Program-made: the position numbers and the translations under genes
DNA from: the human T2T-CHM13v2.0 reference genome, Homo sapiens
DNA: 64,000 nt
Direction: 5' to 3' (one strand)
Assembly: GCF_009914755.1 (NCBI RefSeq)
Contig: NC_060947.1
In this document: positions 20,059 through 34,410 of the stretch, one piece after another
How positions within the stretch are numbered: position 1 is the stretch's first letter
Layout of the letters: every line of letters begins with the position of its first letter
Notes under the pieces: model-generated
Database searches by the model: none
What the model was told of the DNA's origin: nothing
What the model saw: the letters and a program-made list of their open reading frames with translations, nothing else

Positions 20059-22292
20059 GCTTAATACAAGTAGCCCTATGTTGCTTTGACATAATATTAT
20101 GGAACATTTGAAATGACAACAGGGGAGAAATTTAGTGAATAGTGCATACGTTTCTCTAAACAACGCAGAAAACATTTTATTATGAGAGTAAAAATGAGAA
20201 ACTCAAGACAAAGTATAAAGAGTCTTAGGCTAGCTCATAGATAAGATTATTGTTTATATGGCATTAGCCAAGAAAATTGATCTAAATTTTTTGAAACAAA
20301 AGGGGGTTTCAAGATGACTGACTAGAAATATTTTATGCCTACCTCTTTCACTTGGATGAACCAGAGTAGTGCATAGACAGTAACACTTCCTAGAGAAAAT
20401 GCTGGAATTCAACATAGAAGTGACAGGGGGCACTAAAAACAGGAAAGGAGAAGGAGGAGAGGCAGCCTCCCTGGCCAGGATTGGCCAAGAGCCAGTACTG
20501 ACTCCCCAGTGCAGGGGAGGGATGAGTAAGAGACTGCCAGTGTCCCATGACCCCACCATAGAAGTGTGCAATCCTGGCCACTTGAAAAATGCTTAACCTT
20601 CTCGAACCTGGAAACTAACAGAGAAAGTTGCCAGGAGACTGTGGGGACAGAACTGCTCCAGGGAGGGAGTTCATGCTGACACCCTTTCTGAGATCTAAGT
20701 TGATAGAAAGGTGCCATTTTCAAAACTAGCCTCCAGCAAACTGCATGCTTTTCTGAGACCCAGAGGCACCAGGACTAGACGTTCCGGAAACTCAGGCTGC
20801 CACAGCTGGGACTGGGCAGGGAGCTAGCACTACCCCTTTAGCTGGGGCTAAGAAGTGCATGAGGCCTGGATGGTAGCAGCCAGTGCCATAAAATGAGTAT
20901 TGCACTGCCAGGACCTAAAATGAAGTCATGAAGAGGGCATGAGTTGCCACTGGGACTTGATCATGAGCTGAGTGTGGGCTCCTGCAGTCTGGGCAAGAAG
21001 TTGAGTCTCACTGGGACTGAGCTGTGAAGGGGAGAACATGCATTCTCCACACCATGGCCCAGGCTGTGACTACCGAGGGTAGCCCATCATCTCTGGGCAT
21101 TATCCCCAACACAGAGGCCACCACCCTCACCCAATGACTCTCCCTGGGGCATGAGAAATACCCTTACCCCCTGCCCACCGTGGCTGGTGAGTACTCTCAA
21201 AATAGGGGGCCTGAGCACAAGACTGTCCAGCCGAGTTTGCTCCCCATTCCAAGACAGATCACATAATCTAGAGACCTGAGTATTGCACAAGCCAAACCAC
21301 CACCTTGGGCACGTGAGCATTCCTCCAAGGGTCCTGAGATTGGGCGTAAACTTCACGCTGCTACCACCTCACCTGGAAACTATCTGTAAGAACCACCCGC
21401 GGGCCTGGAGACTTGCCCACCCAGAACATTGCAGCCAGTGCCAACATCAATGCACACCACGTGAGACCCAGAGAATCTTCCTGCCATTGCTACTCCCATT
21501 CCCCATGCAACACCAGTTGCCCATAGGACGGAGAACTCACCCAACAATCTCGTCCACCACTGCCACGACAGGAATCCTAGCAAGCCATCTGGAGCTCCAA
21601 AAATCAACCCATTAGTAACTGCCAGCACAGGTGCCAGTGTGCACCACCCTGGGGCACAAGATAGGCATGCTAAGCCCACCACTGTCTACACTGGGGCCGG
21701 AAGACTGGCCCAACTGGCATTCAAGTCCCCAGCACAATACCATCACAGCCTCCATAAACAAACGTGCCCTAACCCACTGAGGAAATCACAGATACCACTA
21801 ATGCTGTTTACGGCCAAATTGATCATAAAGAGACTACACTACTGTATGCCCCCAGGAGCAAAGCCAAAGTAGCCAATCCAGCCAAAAACCATAGATGCAT
21901 CTTCAAAAATTCCTCCTCATCAAAAGTAAATTAAAAAAATAGAAAGGAGTGACTGTTACACCAGATGTACAGATGTCAATGGAAGGCCACAGAAAACATG
22001 AAAAAGCAAGAAAACATGGCATATTTAATAAACACAATAATGCTCCAGGGAAGGATTTTGATTAAAAAAGAATTTTTTGAACCCCAAAGTCAAGAAGTCA
22101 AAATATTAATTTTGAAGAAGTTCGGTGAGAGTCAAGAGAATTCTGAAAATAATATGAAGAAATCAAAAAAACCAATTTAGTATATGAATGAGAAACTTAT
22201 AAAGAGAAAGGTATTTTTTAAGACCCTAATAAAAATTCTGAAACTGAATAACTCATTGAAGAAAAGACAAAATACATTTAAAAGCTTCAAGA

Positions 22293-22642
<350 letters not shown>

Positions 22643-24121
22643 TCAAGTAGAAAGAAGAATCACACAACTTGAAGACAGGTATTATAAAATATTCCAGTCA
22701 GGCAAACATTTTAAAAAGAATTAAAATGAATGGTCAAACCCTTGGTGACATTTAGGAAAACATACAGTGACCGAGTTTATAAAGTATTGGTATCCCTGAA
22801 GGTAAAAATCAAAGAAAGGATTAGAAAATCTACTAACAAAACAATAGATGAAAACTTTTCAAGTCTAGCAAGAGATTAGAGATTCAGATACAGGAGTCTT
22901 AATGATCCTTAGGTGGATACAATGCAAAACTATACACAGCCCATTATAATCAGACTGTCTCAAGTCATAGTTAAAGAGGAAATTCTAGTCTCCTATAAAG
23001 CAAGAGAATGACTCATTGAAGAAAATATAGAGATGTACAGACATCAATGGAAGGACACAGGAAACATGAAAAAGCAAGGGAAAAGCATCTAGTCCTCTAT
23101 AAAGAAAATTTCAAAAAAATAAAGAGAAGAAAAATAAGCAGAAAATTTCTAAGCAGAAACCTCATAGACCAAGACAGAATAGGATAATATATCCAAAGTG
23201 CTGAAATAAAAAATAATCTCCCACTAAAGAATATGACACCCAAGAAAATTATCCTTCACAGATGAAGGATAAAGTCACTCCCACACAAAGAAATGCTGAG
23301 GGAATTAAGTACCATTAGACCAGCCCTAGAAAAAAGTGCTCAAGGGAGTCCTAAGCCTGGAGGTGAAAGCACAACATTTACCATTATAAAAACACAGGAA
23401 AGTACAAAACTCATTGGTAAAACTATCACACAAAAGAGAAAAGGCCCAAATCATACCACTGCCAAACTTCACCAATTCACAATGACAAACTATAAGAGAA
23501 AAAAGAAACAAATAATAGATAAGACAACCAGAAAGCAATGAATAATATAACAGAAATAAAGACTAACATATCAATAATAACCTTGAACGCAAATGGCTTA
23601 AATTATTTTCTTAAAAGATATAGCTTGGATAAATGGATAAAAACAAACATAATCTAACTACATGTTGGTTACGAGAAACTTACCTTACCAGTAAAGACAC
23701 ATCTAGGATGAAAGTAAAGAAATGGAAAAAAGATTCCACATAAAAGAAAACCAAAAGTAAGCAGTAGTGGCTATACTCATATCAGATAAAACACACTTTA
23801 AGTCAAGAACAATAAGAAACAGATGGTCATTATATAATAATAAAGAAATCAATCCAGCAAGAGTATACAAAAATTCTAAATATACATGTACCCAACACTG
23901 TAGCACCCAGATTTATAAAGCAATTATTACTAGACCCAAGGAGAGAGATGACTAAATTATAATAACAGCAGGGGACTTTGACACCCCATTCTCGGCATTA
24001 GACGGATCATCTAGACAGAAAATCAAAAAAGAAACATTAGATTTAAAGGGAATGTTAGACCAAGTAGACCTGAAAGACATTTACACAACATTCTATCCAA
24101 CAACTGCAGAGCATACATTCT

Positions 24122-24453
24122 GTTTTTTTTTTTTTTCCTTTTTCTTTTTTCTTTTTTTTTTTTTCTTTTTTTTACCAAGTTTTCGCTCTTGTCCCCCAGG
24201 CTGGAGTACAATGGCGTGATCTTGGCTCACTGCAATCTCTGCCTTCAGGTCCAAGCGATTCTCTTGCCTCAGCCTCCCACGTAGCTGAGATTACAAGCAC
24301 CCACCACCACGCCCGGCTAATTCTTGTATTTTTAGTAGAGACGGAGTTTCACCATGTTGGCGAGGCTGGTCTCAGACTCCTGACCTCGGGTGATCCACCT
24401 GGCTCGGCCTCCCAAAGCGCTGGGATTACAGGCATGAGCGACCGTGCCCGGCC
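24122..24453 (-). mobile_element. AluS (AluSq/Sp-like), antisense
   Basis: Poly(T) followed by Alu reverse complement; TSD CATACATTCT at 24112-24121 and 24454-24463. Confidence 0.96.
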
Positions 24454-24685
24454 CATACATTCTTTTTATCAGCACACAGAACATTCTTTATGATAGACCA
24501 CATGTGAGGCCACCAAAAGAGTATGAACAATGTTTTAAATCATAGCAAGTGTATTTTAAGGTAACCATGAAACAAAACTAGAAATCAATACCCAGAGAAA
24601 CCCTGGAGACTATACAAATACGTGAAAATTAAACAAGATGCTCCTAAATGACTGTTGGGTAGATAAAAACATTAAGATGGAAACA

Positions 24686-26737
24686 AGGAAGTTTAAGATG
24701 GCTGACTAGAGATGACAGATGCAAGTTCTCCCTAGAAAGAAGAACCTAAATTATGAATAGATAATCATACCTCTAATAGAATATCAAAGAGAGAATACTA
24801 GAATTCAAAATATAATTTATGAAAAACAAAACCCTAAGCCACAGAAGAAAAAAAAAAAGAAAGAAAAGGAAAGAAAAGAAAAGAAAAGAAAGCTAGAGGC
24901 CAATGCAGCTGACATTGGTTAGGAGTCCAGAGGAACTCAGTGTTCAGGGAAAGGGTAAGTTGAAGTATTTTGATAGTCCTCATTCTTGCTGTGAACTGCC
25001 AAGATCCTTACAGTGGGAAAGCTCCTCTGTCCTCCCAAATCCTGAAAATAGCATGGACCGCAATTTGGAGACCCCTGAGGGCAGTGCACTGGACTGTGGA
25101 TTCACACTGGGTTATTATTTACCATTTCCCCAGACCCAAGCAGGTGCTATGCTGTGCTACTGTTGAAGGTGCATCCGTAAGGGAACTGTATCCTCTTCTG
25201 GGAACCACAGTCCTTGTGTATCCAAAACCCAGGAGCTCCTGCTCACATTCTCCAGTCCTGCTCAAAGGGCTGCAGTGGCAGAGTGCTGGCTGGACCCAAA
25301 GGAGCTGCAGGGTCCCCAGTAACCTAACCTTCAGGGAATGCTACTCCTAGGAGAAATAAGAGTGCAGTACACCAAAAAGGCAACCCCTGAGAGAAAGGAA
25401 ACCAAAGTGCATGCTTTCCAGGGCCCAAAAGCTTCCTGACTGGGGCTGTGAAAAGTGACTTCATTTTTAGCAGTGGCACAAAATTTGTGCTTGGCTCTCC
25501 AAGCAAACAGTGAAATCCCCTTTCATCAGATGAGCAGCCTTAGTGTCATAACCAGGCCTAGAGGAGACCCTTCTTCCCCATGCACACTGTTGAAACCACA
25601 AGCACTGCTGCTGTCCCAGGAGGCTGGGGCAGATGTACTGTATGGCATTCCATCTGGGGCTGTGAGGGGCAACTGTGACCCCAATGGCCAGGCTTGTGTA
25701 AACAGTGGGTTCCCGCCCTCTCTCTGTGCAGAGATGCAGTACTGCTGCTACAGAGAGCAGGAGAGCCCAAGAGCTGTGTTTGGAGCCATGGAGGGAGACT
25801 TCACACTACATCCACTTCCAGCCACCACAGGGGTTTAGTGTGGAGCGGCTGGGCTGATTTCTCCTGTGTTCGCGGGCTACATTGGTGCTTAAAAGCAAAC
25901 TGTAGTTCCTAACCTATATGAGTACCCCAAATTCTAAGACGGGCGTGAGGGGAAGGCTGATCCCTTTCCTTCCTGCCATGACTATGGCACTGGCACCTCT
26001 CCTACCTCCCCATACAGACACCTCAGTGATTGCTCATTGCTCAAGCATTTTACCAGGAGGCCGAAGACTCCCTTGCCACCCCTGTCAAAGCTGTTGCTTG
26101 TGCCTGTCATTGGAAAGACTTAGTGCAGGCTTTCTCATTCTGGCATCACTCAGCTTTGCCAATCCCCTCCATGACAGCGGGTGAAACCCAGGCTCTTGTT
26201 TGCTCCAGGGCCCAACTGACCAACTGGGACATGGGTGCACTTCTCAGGGCTTACAAAGGTCAAGCATAAAGCATACCACCTCCACTGAAGTTGGCTTTTA
26301 CCTGCAAGTGACACCTGCTGGTCTGAAGGTCAACTTGCACATCCCATCACCACATCAGCTGACACCTGCGCACAGCACTTAGGAACAAGACGAGCTTCTC
26401 GCAACCTCTGCTACCATGATTGCTCATGCAATCCAAGCTACCCAAGAGGGCATGAGCCTGCTCACCATCCTGGTACACCACTATTACAACTGGCATTTGA
26501 GAAAACTCCACACTAAAACTATTTATAACCATGGAAAACATAGTGTCTTTGCCACTGAATGCACACAGAAACAAAGCCAAACAGACTTGTTCAGCATACA
26601 TCATAGTCGCATCCTCAAAAGAAAACAACAACAACAACCACAACAACAACAAAAAACAGGTCCTACCACAACAAAAGTAAATTAAAAAATAAGATGTAAC
26701 TGTTTATTCAGATGTGAATAAATCAGTGTAATAACAG
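24686..26737 (+). mobile_element. L1 5'UTR-type segment, 3'-truncated
   Basis: Begins with the L1 5' motif AAGATGGCTGACTAG (24695); similar in character to 20301-21990; (AAAG)n at ~24845-24891. Confidence 0.6.
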
Positions 26738-29700
26738 GGGAGGGTGGATTTTCAAGATGGCTGACTGGGAACATTGAATGCCAGTTTTCCCCAGTAAGAA
26801 GACTACAGGTGCTGGAAAATGGACATGATCTGTATGAAAAACTGATGGAAGAGAGCCAGGACCTGTTGGAGCGCACATGGGCAGAAGCTGGAATACAGAA
26901 AAATAGAGCAGCAAGAGTTTGGCAGGGAATGACCCTTGAGGAACTTGGAGCCCCACGGAAAGAACGGGTGGGAGTGCTTGTCTAATCTCATCACCCCTTC
27001 AGCAACCTGCTGAATGCCAAACTGTTGGGAAGCCCCTCTGCCCTTGTGACCAAGGACAATTCTGTTTTGGGTGACTTGAGAACTTCCCAGGGACAGAAAA
27101 CTGGATGGCCAGCTGGCACAGGTGTGCTTGCTCTTCCTTCAGGCCTTAAACGAGATGAAGGGCACCATATTGGTTGTGCACCCATGGTAGGCCACTTCCC
27201 TTCCTGGGAAATCTCTGCTCTTGATTCACCACACCACCAGATTTCCCACAAACACACCCCACAACCTTCTCTGGCTGGCCAGTCCCCAGGAAGCTGTGTG
27301 ACCCCTGACAATCTATCCTGTGGAGTGAGCAGCCCCTGAGAGAAGGGGGACAGGGTCCATCATAGCCCACCTTGGGACAAAGGAAGTATGGGCATGGTGT
27401 CAATTACTGAAGGGGCATCACCAGCTGCCAGGAACCGTCATAGAGAGAAGGTCATCTTCCAATTCCCTGTCTACTGTTGTGGGTGCAGCACAGGTTCTCC
27501 CCACTAGGGGCCAGCATGTATGCACCAGGAGAAAGCACTTCTCATACTTTTAATAGCAGCTTCATTCTTGTTGGAAGGGAGCCTCTGCTGCTTGCACTTG
27601 CAAGAAGGTGGGGCCCAACTGCCCCTCACTACACAGAACTACAGCTTCCCAGCAACAGAGGCCAGACAAGCTGCAGAGCTGCCTGCTCAGGACTGGTGAG
27701 AGAGGCTCTGCCCTGAGCCCATTTTGGTGGCAGCTGCCACAGAAGCATGTCCTTCAGTCCACAGCCACACTGAGGCCAAGAATCAAAGGACAAAGTTTAT
27801 ACAAGTTGAAGGTCATGAGCCCTGTGACCGGGGTGTGATAGGAAAGCAGATAGCATTCCTTCCTTCTATTGATGAGAAGCTGGTGCACATCCCTTCCCCT
27901 AAGACTTCTGTACACCCCCACATGATCTCCCCCCACCACCACACTATCAGGACAGAAGCTTCCAGTCATCATCAGCCTACCTGAGGGTGAGTTAGCTTTT
28001 ACTTTTAAGTGCCACCTAGCGGACTAGAGCCTAAACTGCACCACCAAATTAAAAGCTTGCTGTCAGAAGGGCTTAGTGCTAGTGCACGAGGCTTCCTGGG
28101 ACCTCTGCACTCTCAGCCCTGCAAGAGATAATGTGTTGGCCCATATGTCTGATCTATCACGATAAGAAGTGACATCTAAGAAAACCATCCTGCAGAAGCT
28201 ATACATAACCAAGAAACACACACAGACCGTTGGCCCCCTGAAAGCGCTCAGAATAAAGCCAAACTATTATACACAACATACACCAGTCATACACTCGAGG
28301 GAAAAAAGAATTAAGAAAAAAAAACAAAATTACCATCTAAATAATAGCAAATTCAAAAACAAGAAGTGGCAGTTCCCTCAGAAGAGAAGAAATTGGAACA
28401 AGAATGCTGGCAGTACCAAAAGACCGTGTCTTGACAAGTTCCAAAGGTCACGCTAGTTGTCTAATAATGAATCCTAACCAAAATGAAAAGTCTGAAATGA
28501 CAGATAAAGTATTTAAAATATAGACTGCAAGAAAACTCAACAAGATCCAATAGAAAATTTAAATCCAACACAAAGAAATCAGAAAAACAACACAAGGTAA
28601 GAAAGACAAAATAGTTATATTTTTAAAAATAAAATGGAAATCCTAGAATTAAACATCTCACTATAGAAATTTCAAAATATATTCAGAATACATTTGGAAG
28701 CTTTAATAATAGACTACACACAGCAGAAAAAAATTATTTGACTTTGAAAAACGCCCTTTTGAATTAACTCAGTCAGATAAAAAAATAAAGAAAACATGTT
28801 TAAAACAATGAACAAAGTCTTCAAGTTTCAAATATGAAACTATGTAAAACGACCAAACCTATGACTTATTGGCATTACTGAGAGCAAAGGAGAAAAAGTA
28901 AGTAACTTGGAAAACACAGCTGAGGGAATAATTTAGGAAATTTTCTCTAATCTTGTTAAACAGGTTGACATCCAGATAGAAGGAACTGAAAGAACACCTG
29001 CAAGATACAATGCCAAGATGACTATCACCAAGGCATATAGTCATCAGACTTTACAAGGTCAATGTGGAAGAAAAAATCTTAAAGCAGCTAGAGAAAAAGG
29101 GTCAAATTACCTGTAAAGGGAATTCCATCGGATAAATAGTAGACTTCTCAGAGAAACCTTACAAGTAAGAAGAGATAGGGAGCCCAATTCTAGCCTTCTT
29201 AAAGGAAAAAAAAAAAGCCAGCCAATAATTTTATAACTTGACAAACTAAGCTTCATAAATGAAGGAGAAATAAAGTCTATCCTAGACAGGCAAATGCTAA
29301 GAACATTATTCAGCACCAGACTGGGATTACAAAAATGCTCCGAGGAGTTCTAAACATGGAAAGGACATTACTTGCTACCAGACAACAACACATAAGTACA
29401 AATTCACAGATCTCATAAAGCAATTACACAATTGAGAATACAAAGTGAATACTACTATGACAGGAACAGAACCTCGAATGTCAATATTAACCTTAAATGT
29501 AAATGAACTTAATGCTCTACATAAAATACATAGATTGACAAATATAATTTAAAAAAGAACACCCAACCATCTGCTTCCTTCAAGGGACCCATCTCTCATG
29601 TAACGACACCTACAGGCTCAAAGGAAAGAGATGGAGTAAGATTTACCTGCAAATGAAAAACAAGAAAGAGCAGGGGTCACTATTCTTGTGTCAGATAGAA

Positions 29701-32082
29701 CAGAATTTAGGCCAGCAACATTAAAAAGGACAAAGAAAATCATTACTTAATAATAACGGGTTTGTTTAATACTACAAGAATAAATAACTAACTTAAATAT
29801 ATACGTATTCAATATTGGAGTACACAGATTTATAGAACAATTACGAATAGACCTATGAAATGATGTAGACAACCAAACAATGATAACCCCACTGACAGCA
29901 ATAGATACGTCAGGGCAGAAAAGAAGCCAACAGTATTTCTAAACTTAAATTTGACATTTGACCAACTAGACCTAAAACATCTATAGAATACTCCACTCTA
30001 CAATAATAGAATACACGTTTTTCTCATCTGCACAAGAAGGGTACTCATGCCTTCACCACATGCTTGGCCATAAGGCAAGTCTCAGTGAATCAAGAAAAAT
30101 TGAAATCATACCAAGCATCTTATTAACCACAGTGAAATAAAAATAGAAATCAATTCCAAGAGGAACTCAAAACCATGCAAATACTTGGAAACTAAACAAC
30201 TTGCTTCTGAAAGACTTTGGGGTAAATAAGGAAAGTAAACAAAAATCTAAAAATTATTTGAAATAAATGAAAATGGAGACACAACATACCATTTGCATTA
30301 GTCAGAAAAAAATAAAATACCTAGGAATACACCTAACCAAGGAGGTGAAAAATCTCTGCAAGGAGAACTAAAAAAACACTGTTGAAAGAAACCAGAGACA
30401 GCAAAAACAAATGGAAAAACCTTAAATGCACATGGATCGGAAGAATCAATATTGCTAAAATGTCCATTTTGCCCAATGCAACCTACAGAGTCGATGCTAT
30501 TATTATCAAAGTTACCAAGGTCATTTTTTACAGAATTAGACAAGAACTATTCTAAAATTTATATGGAACAAAAAATGAGCATGATTACATAAGGTGAGGC
30601 TAAGCAACAAAACAAAACAAAACAAAGCCAGAGGCATCACACTGCCCAACTTTACACTGTACTACAAGGCTACACTAATCAAAGTAGCATGACACCGGTA
30701 CAAAAACAGACACGTACACAAATGGAACAGAATAGAGAACCCAAAAATGAAGCTGCAAATGTACAACCAACTGATCTTTGAAAAAGTCAACAAAAATTAA
30801 CAACGGAGAAAAGACACACTATTCCATGAATGATGCTGGAAAAACTGGCTAACCATATGCAGAAGAAAGAAACTGGATGCCTACCTCTCACTATATATAG
30901 AAATTAACTCAAGATGGATTAAAGACCTAAATGTAAGATATCAAATTATATATGAAAAAAAAAAAAAACCTAGGAAACACTGCTCTGGGCAGTGGTTTAG
31001 GCCAAGAATTTATAATTATGTTCTAAAAAGCCAAGGTAACAAAAGCAAAAAATGACAATTTGGACCTAATTAAACTAAAGAGCATATTCAGAGCAAAACA
31101 AACTATGACTAGATTTTTAAAATAACCTGCAGAATACAAGAAAATATTAAAAGACTATGGATCCCACAAAGGACTAATATCTAGAATCTATAAGGAAATT
31201 AATCAAACCAGTAAGAAAATAACACATGATCTCATAAAATGTGGGCAGCAGACATGAGCAGACACTTCTCAAAAAAGACATAAAAGCAGTCAACAGACAT
31301 GAAAAAATGCTCAGCATCACTAATCATCAGAGAAATGAAAATCAAAACCATACTGAGACATCCTTTCAAACCAGTGAAAATGGCTATTACTGAAAAGTGA
31401 AAAAATAGCAGATGTTGGTGAGCCTATGAAGAAAAGGGAATGCTCATACACTGTTGGTGGGAATGTGAATTAGTTCAGTCACTGTGGAAAGCAGTTTTCA
31501 TATTTCTCCAAGGGCTAAAAGTGGAACAACCCTTCAACCCAGCAATCCCACTACAGCATACATACTCAAAGGAAAATAAATCGTTCTACCAAACAGACAC
31601 ATGCACTCATATGTTTATTGCCAGACTACTCATATAGTGTTGACATAGCGAAGACATGAAATCAACTTATGTGTTCATCAGTGGTAGATTGGATAAAGAA
31701 AATGTGGTGTATATACACTGTGGAATACTACACAGCCATTGAAAAAATAAAATCATGTCCTTTGCTGCAACATGCCTGCAGCTGGAGGCCACTATCCTAA
31801 GTGAACTAATGCAGAAACAAAAAACCAAATACCACATATTCCCACTTATAAGGAGCATGTAAACACTGGGTACACATGGGCATAAAGATGGGAACAACAG
31901 ACACTGGGGACTCCAAATGGGGGAAAGGAGAGAAGCGAGCAAGGGTTTAAAAACTACCTAGTGGGTATTATGGTCACTACTTGGGTGACGGGAGCAATAA
32001 AAACCCAAATCTCAGTATCATACAATATACCCATGTAGCAAACCTGCACATGACCCCCTGAACTTATTTTAAAAAATAAAAA
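26738..32082 (+). mobile_element. L1P (L1PA15-16/L1PB-like): 5'UTR to poly(A), with a large internal ORF2 deletion at ~30290
   Basis: 5' motif CAAGATGGCTGACT at 26753; ORF1/EN remnants; the post-EN sequence is joined directly to post-RT sequence (ACAACATACC|ATTTGC...AAATACCTAGGAATAC); 3'UTR ends ~32080. Confidence 0.75.
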
Positions 32083-34410
32083 GGTAGAAAGATCACAAGT
32101 AAACATAGCATTATAAATCAAGTGACTAAAACAAAACAAGGACAAACCCAAATCATAGTTAACAGAGGAAAAGAAATAACAAAGATCAAAGCACAACTGA
32201 ATGAAATAGAGATCAGAAAACAATACAAAAGATTAATAAAACGAAAAGTCAAATCTTCAAAAAGATGAACCAAATGTGCCAACCACTAGCTAGACAAACC
32301 AAAATAGAAGATCCACATAAACCAAATCAGAAATAAAAAAGGAGACATTACAACTGATACCACAGAAATACAAAAGATCCTCAAAGACTACTGTGAACAA
32401 CTATGTACTCATAAACTGGTGTTGTAGTCTCGCCAGTTCACCAAGATGTAACAGTCTCTCATTGTCTGAGATAATACCTGGAGTTCTTTGTCTCATGTCC
32501 AAGGTGACTAAGAAGCGGGGACACAAGGGTGAGGTTGGAATGAAAGTTTAATAAGTGAAAGAAGAAAGCTCTCTGCAGCAGAGAGGGGAGCCCGAATGGG
32601 TTGCCCACTATGAGGCTGGGGTCTGGGGATTTTATGGACTGGAAAGGGGAAAGAAATGTGCTTAGTCTGTGGGCTGTCTTGGAGAAAGCATGATTCAGCT
32701 TGGCCCAGGACCTTGGCCCGGGACCAATCAGGAGTTGATGATTCATAGAGGCTAGTCAGCTTGGCCTGGGACCTATCAGGAGCTGAAGTGAAAGTTTGGC
32801 CCGGGACCAATCAGGGGCTGAAGTGATGATTCATAGAGGCTGGGATCACAGTCCAAAAATGAAAGGAAAGTGCCCACTTGAACCCAACGAAGCACACCAT
32901 GTTCATGCCCACAAAAGGAGAGGAAACTTTTTCCTTGGAGCCTGTTGATTATACATAGGACAAAGGCATTTCTATGTTGGGCCTTGTTCCCTTATCTGAG
33001 TGAGCCAGGGGTTTGTGCAAGTTTTTGTCTGAATGGGCTGGAGGTTCTCCTATCCATGCAGCCACGGGCATGTCTCCAGGCACAACCCCCTGTGCTAGTT
33101 CCCTTATCAGTGCCAGCAGCTTATTTTTTTTTCCCCCAGGCAGCTTTTTGTGTTATATGGGGATGAGGCACTGACCCGTGGGTCAGGGGCTCTCCAGGGA
33201 CCCTTCCCTTGCTGTCTACCTAAGGCAAGCTAGTTAACTCCTCTCACTAGAAAACAGAGAAGAAATGTATAAATTCCTGGGGGAAAAAAATTGAACCTCT
33301 CAAGATTGAACCAAGGAGAACAAGAAATCCTGAACAGCCCAATATTGCGTAGTGAGACTGAACCAGTAATAATAATCTCCCAACAATAGCAACAAAAATG
33401 CCCAGAATCAGAATGATTCACAGCTCAATTCTAGCAAATGCACAAAGAACAGATACCAATCATTCTGTAACATGTCAAAAATAGAGAAGCATGGAATTCT
33501 TCCTAACTCATTCTGTGAAGCCGGTACTACCCTGATACTAAAGCCAGATAAGAACACTACCAAAATAAATGAGAAGTGCATACCATAATTCCTGATGAGC
33601 ACTGATGCAAAAATCACCAGCAAAATACTAGCAAATAAAATGTAACAGCACATCAAAAAGATAAGACACCATGACCAAGTGAATTTTATTACTGGGATAC
33701 AAGGATGTTTCAACATATGCAAGTCAATAAATGTGATACAGTACATAAATATATATCAAGGGCACAAACCATGTGATTATCTCAATAGATGGAGAAAAAT
33801 TATTTGACAAATTTCAACATTTCTTCATGATAAAAACTCTCAGCAATCTAGGCATTGAAGAAACATACCTCAAAATAATAACGGACGTATATGACAAATC
33901 AACAGTTGACATCACCTTGAATAGGAAAATGTTGAAGGCATTTTCATTAGAAACTGGAACAATATAAGGATGTCCACTTTCACTACTCCTATTCAACATA
34001 CTGGTGGAAGTCTTAGCCAGATCGGTCAGGCAAAATGAGGAAATAAAGGAGTTCCAAGTTGGAAAAGTGGAAGTCAAATTCTTTCTGTTTACTGATGATA
34101 TGATTTTATACCAAAACACCCTAAAGATTCCCCAAAAAGACTCTAGATTTGTTAAATGAATTCTTCAGGGTCTCAGGACACAAATCAAAATACAAAAATC
34201 AGTAGCATTTCTAAGCACCAATAACAAGGAAGCTGAGGACGAAATCAATAAGGCAATCCCATTTACATCGATTACAAAATAAGTAAAGTAGCTAGAAATA
34301 CATTTAACAAGGGAGGTGAAAGATCTCTACATAAAGAATCACAAGACACCCATGGAAAAACATCTCATGGTCATGGATTGGAAGAATCGATATAATTAAA
34401 AAGACCATAC
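32083..34410 (+). mobile_element. L1 ORF2 middle fragment, interrupted by the LTR at 32420-33246
   Basis: ORF 33773-33967 ([16 protein letters not shown]) is L1 RT-like; host sequence CATAAACTAGAAAA is split by the LTR. Confidence 0.85.
32420..33246 (-). mobile_element. Solo ERV1 LTR (MER50/51/LTR29-type; subfamily uncertain)
   Basis: TG...CA termini; 4-bp TSD CTGG/CTAG (one mismatch); internal tandem CCAATCAG repeats at 32700-32840. Confidence 0.75.

Noticed and set aside
19681-20175. Tyr/Ile-rich ORFs, and the ER-repeat ORFs at 1115-1438
   Set aside because: They are microsatellite translations.
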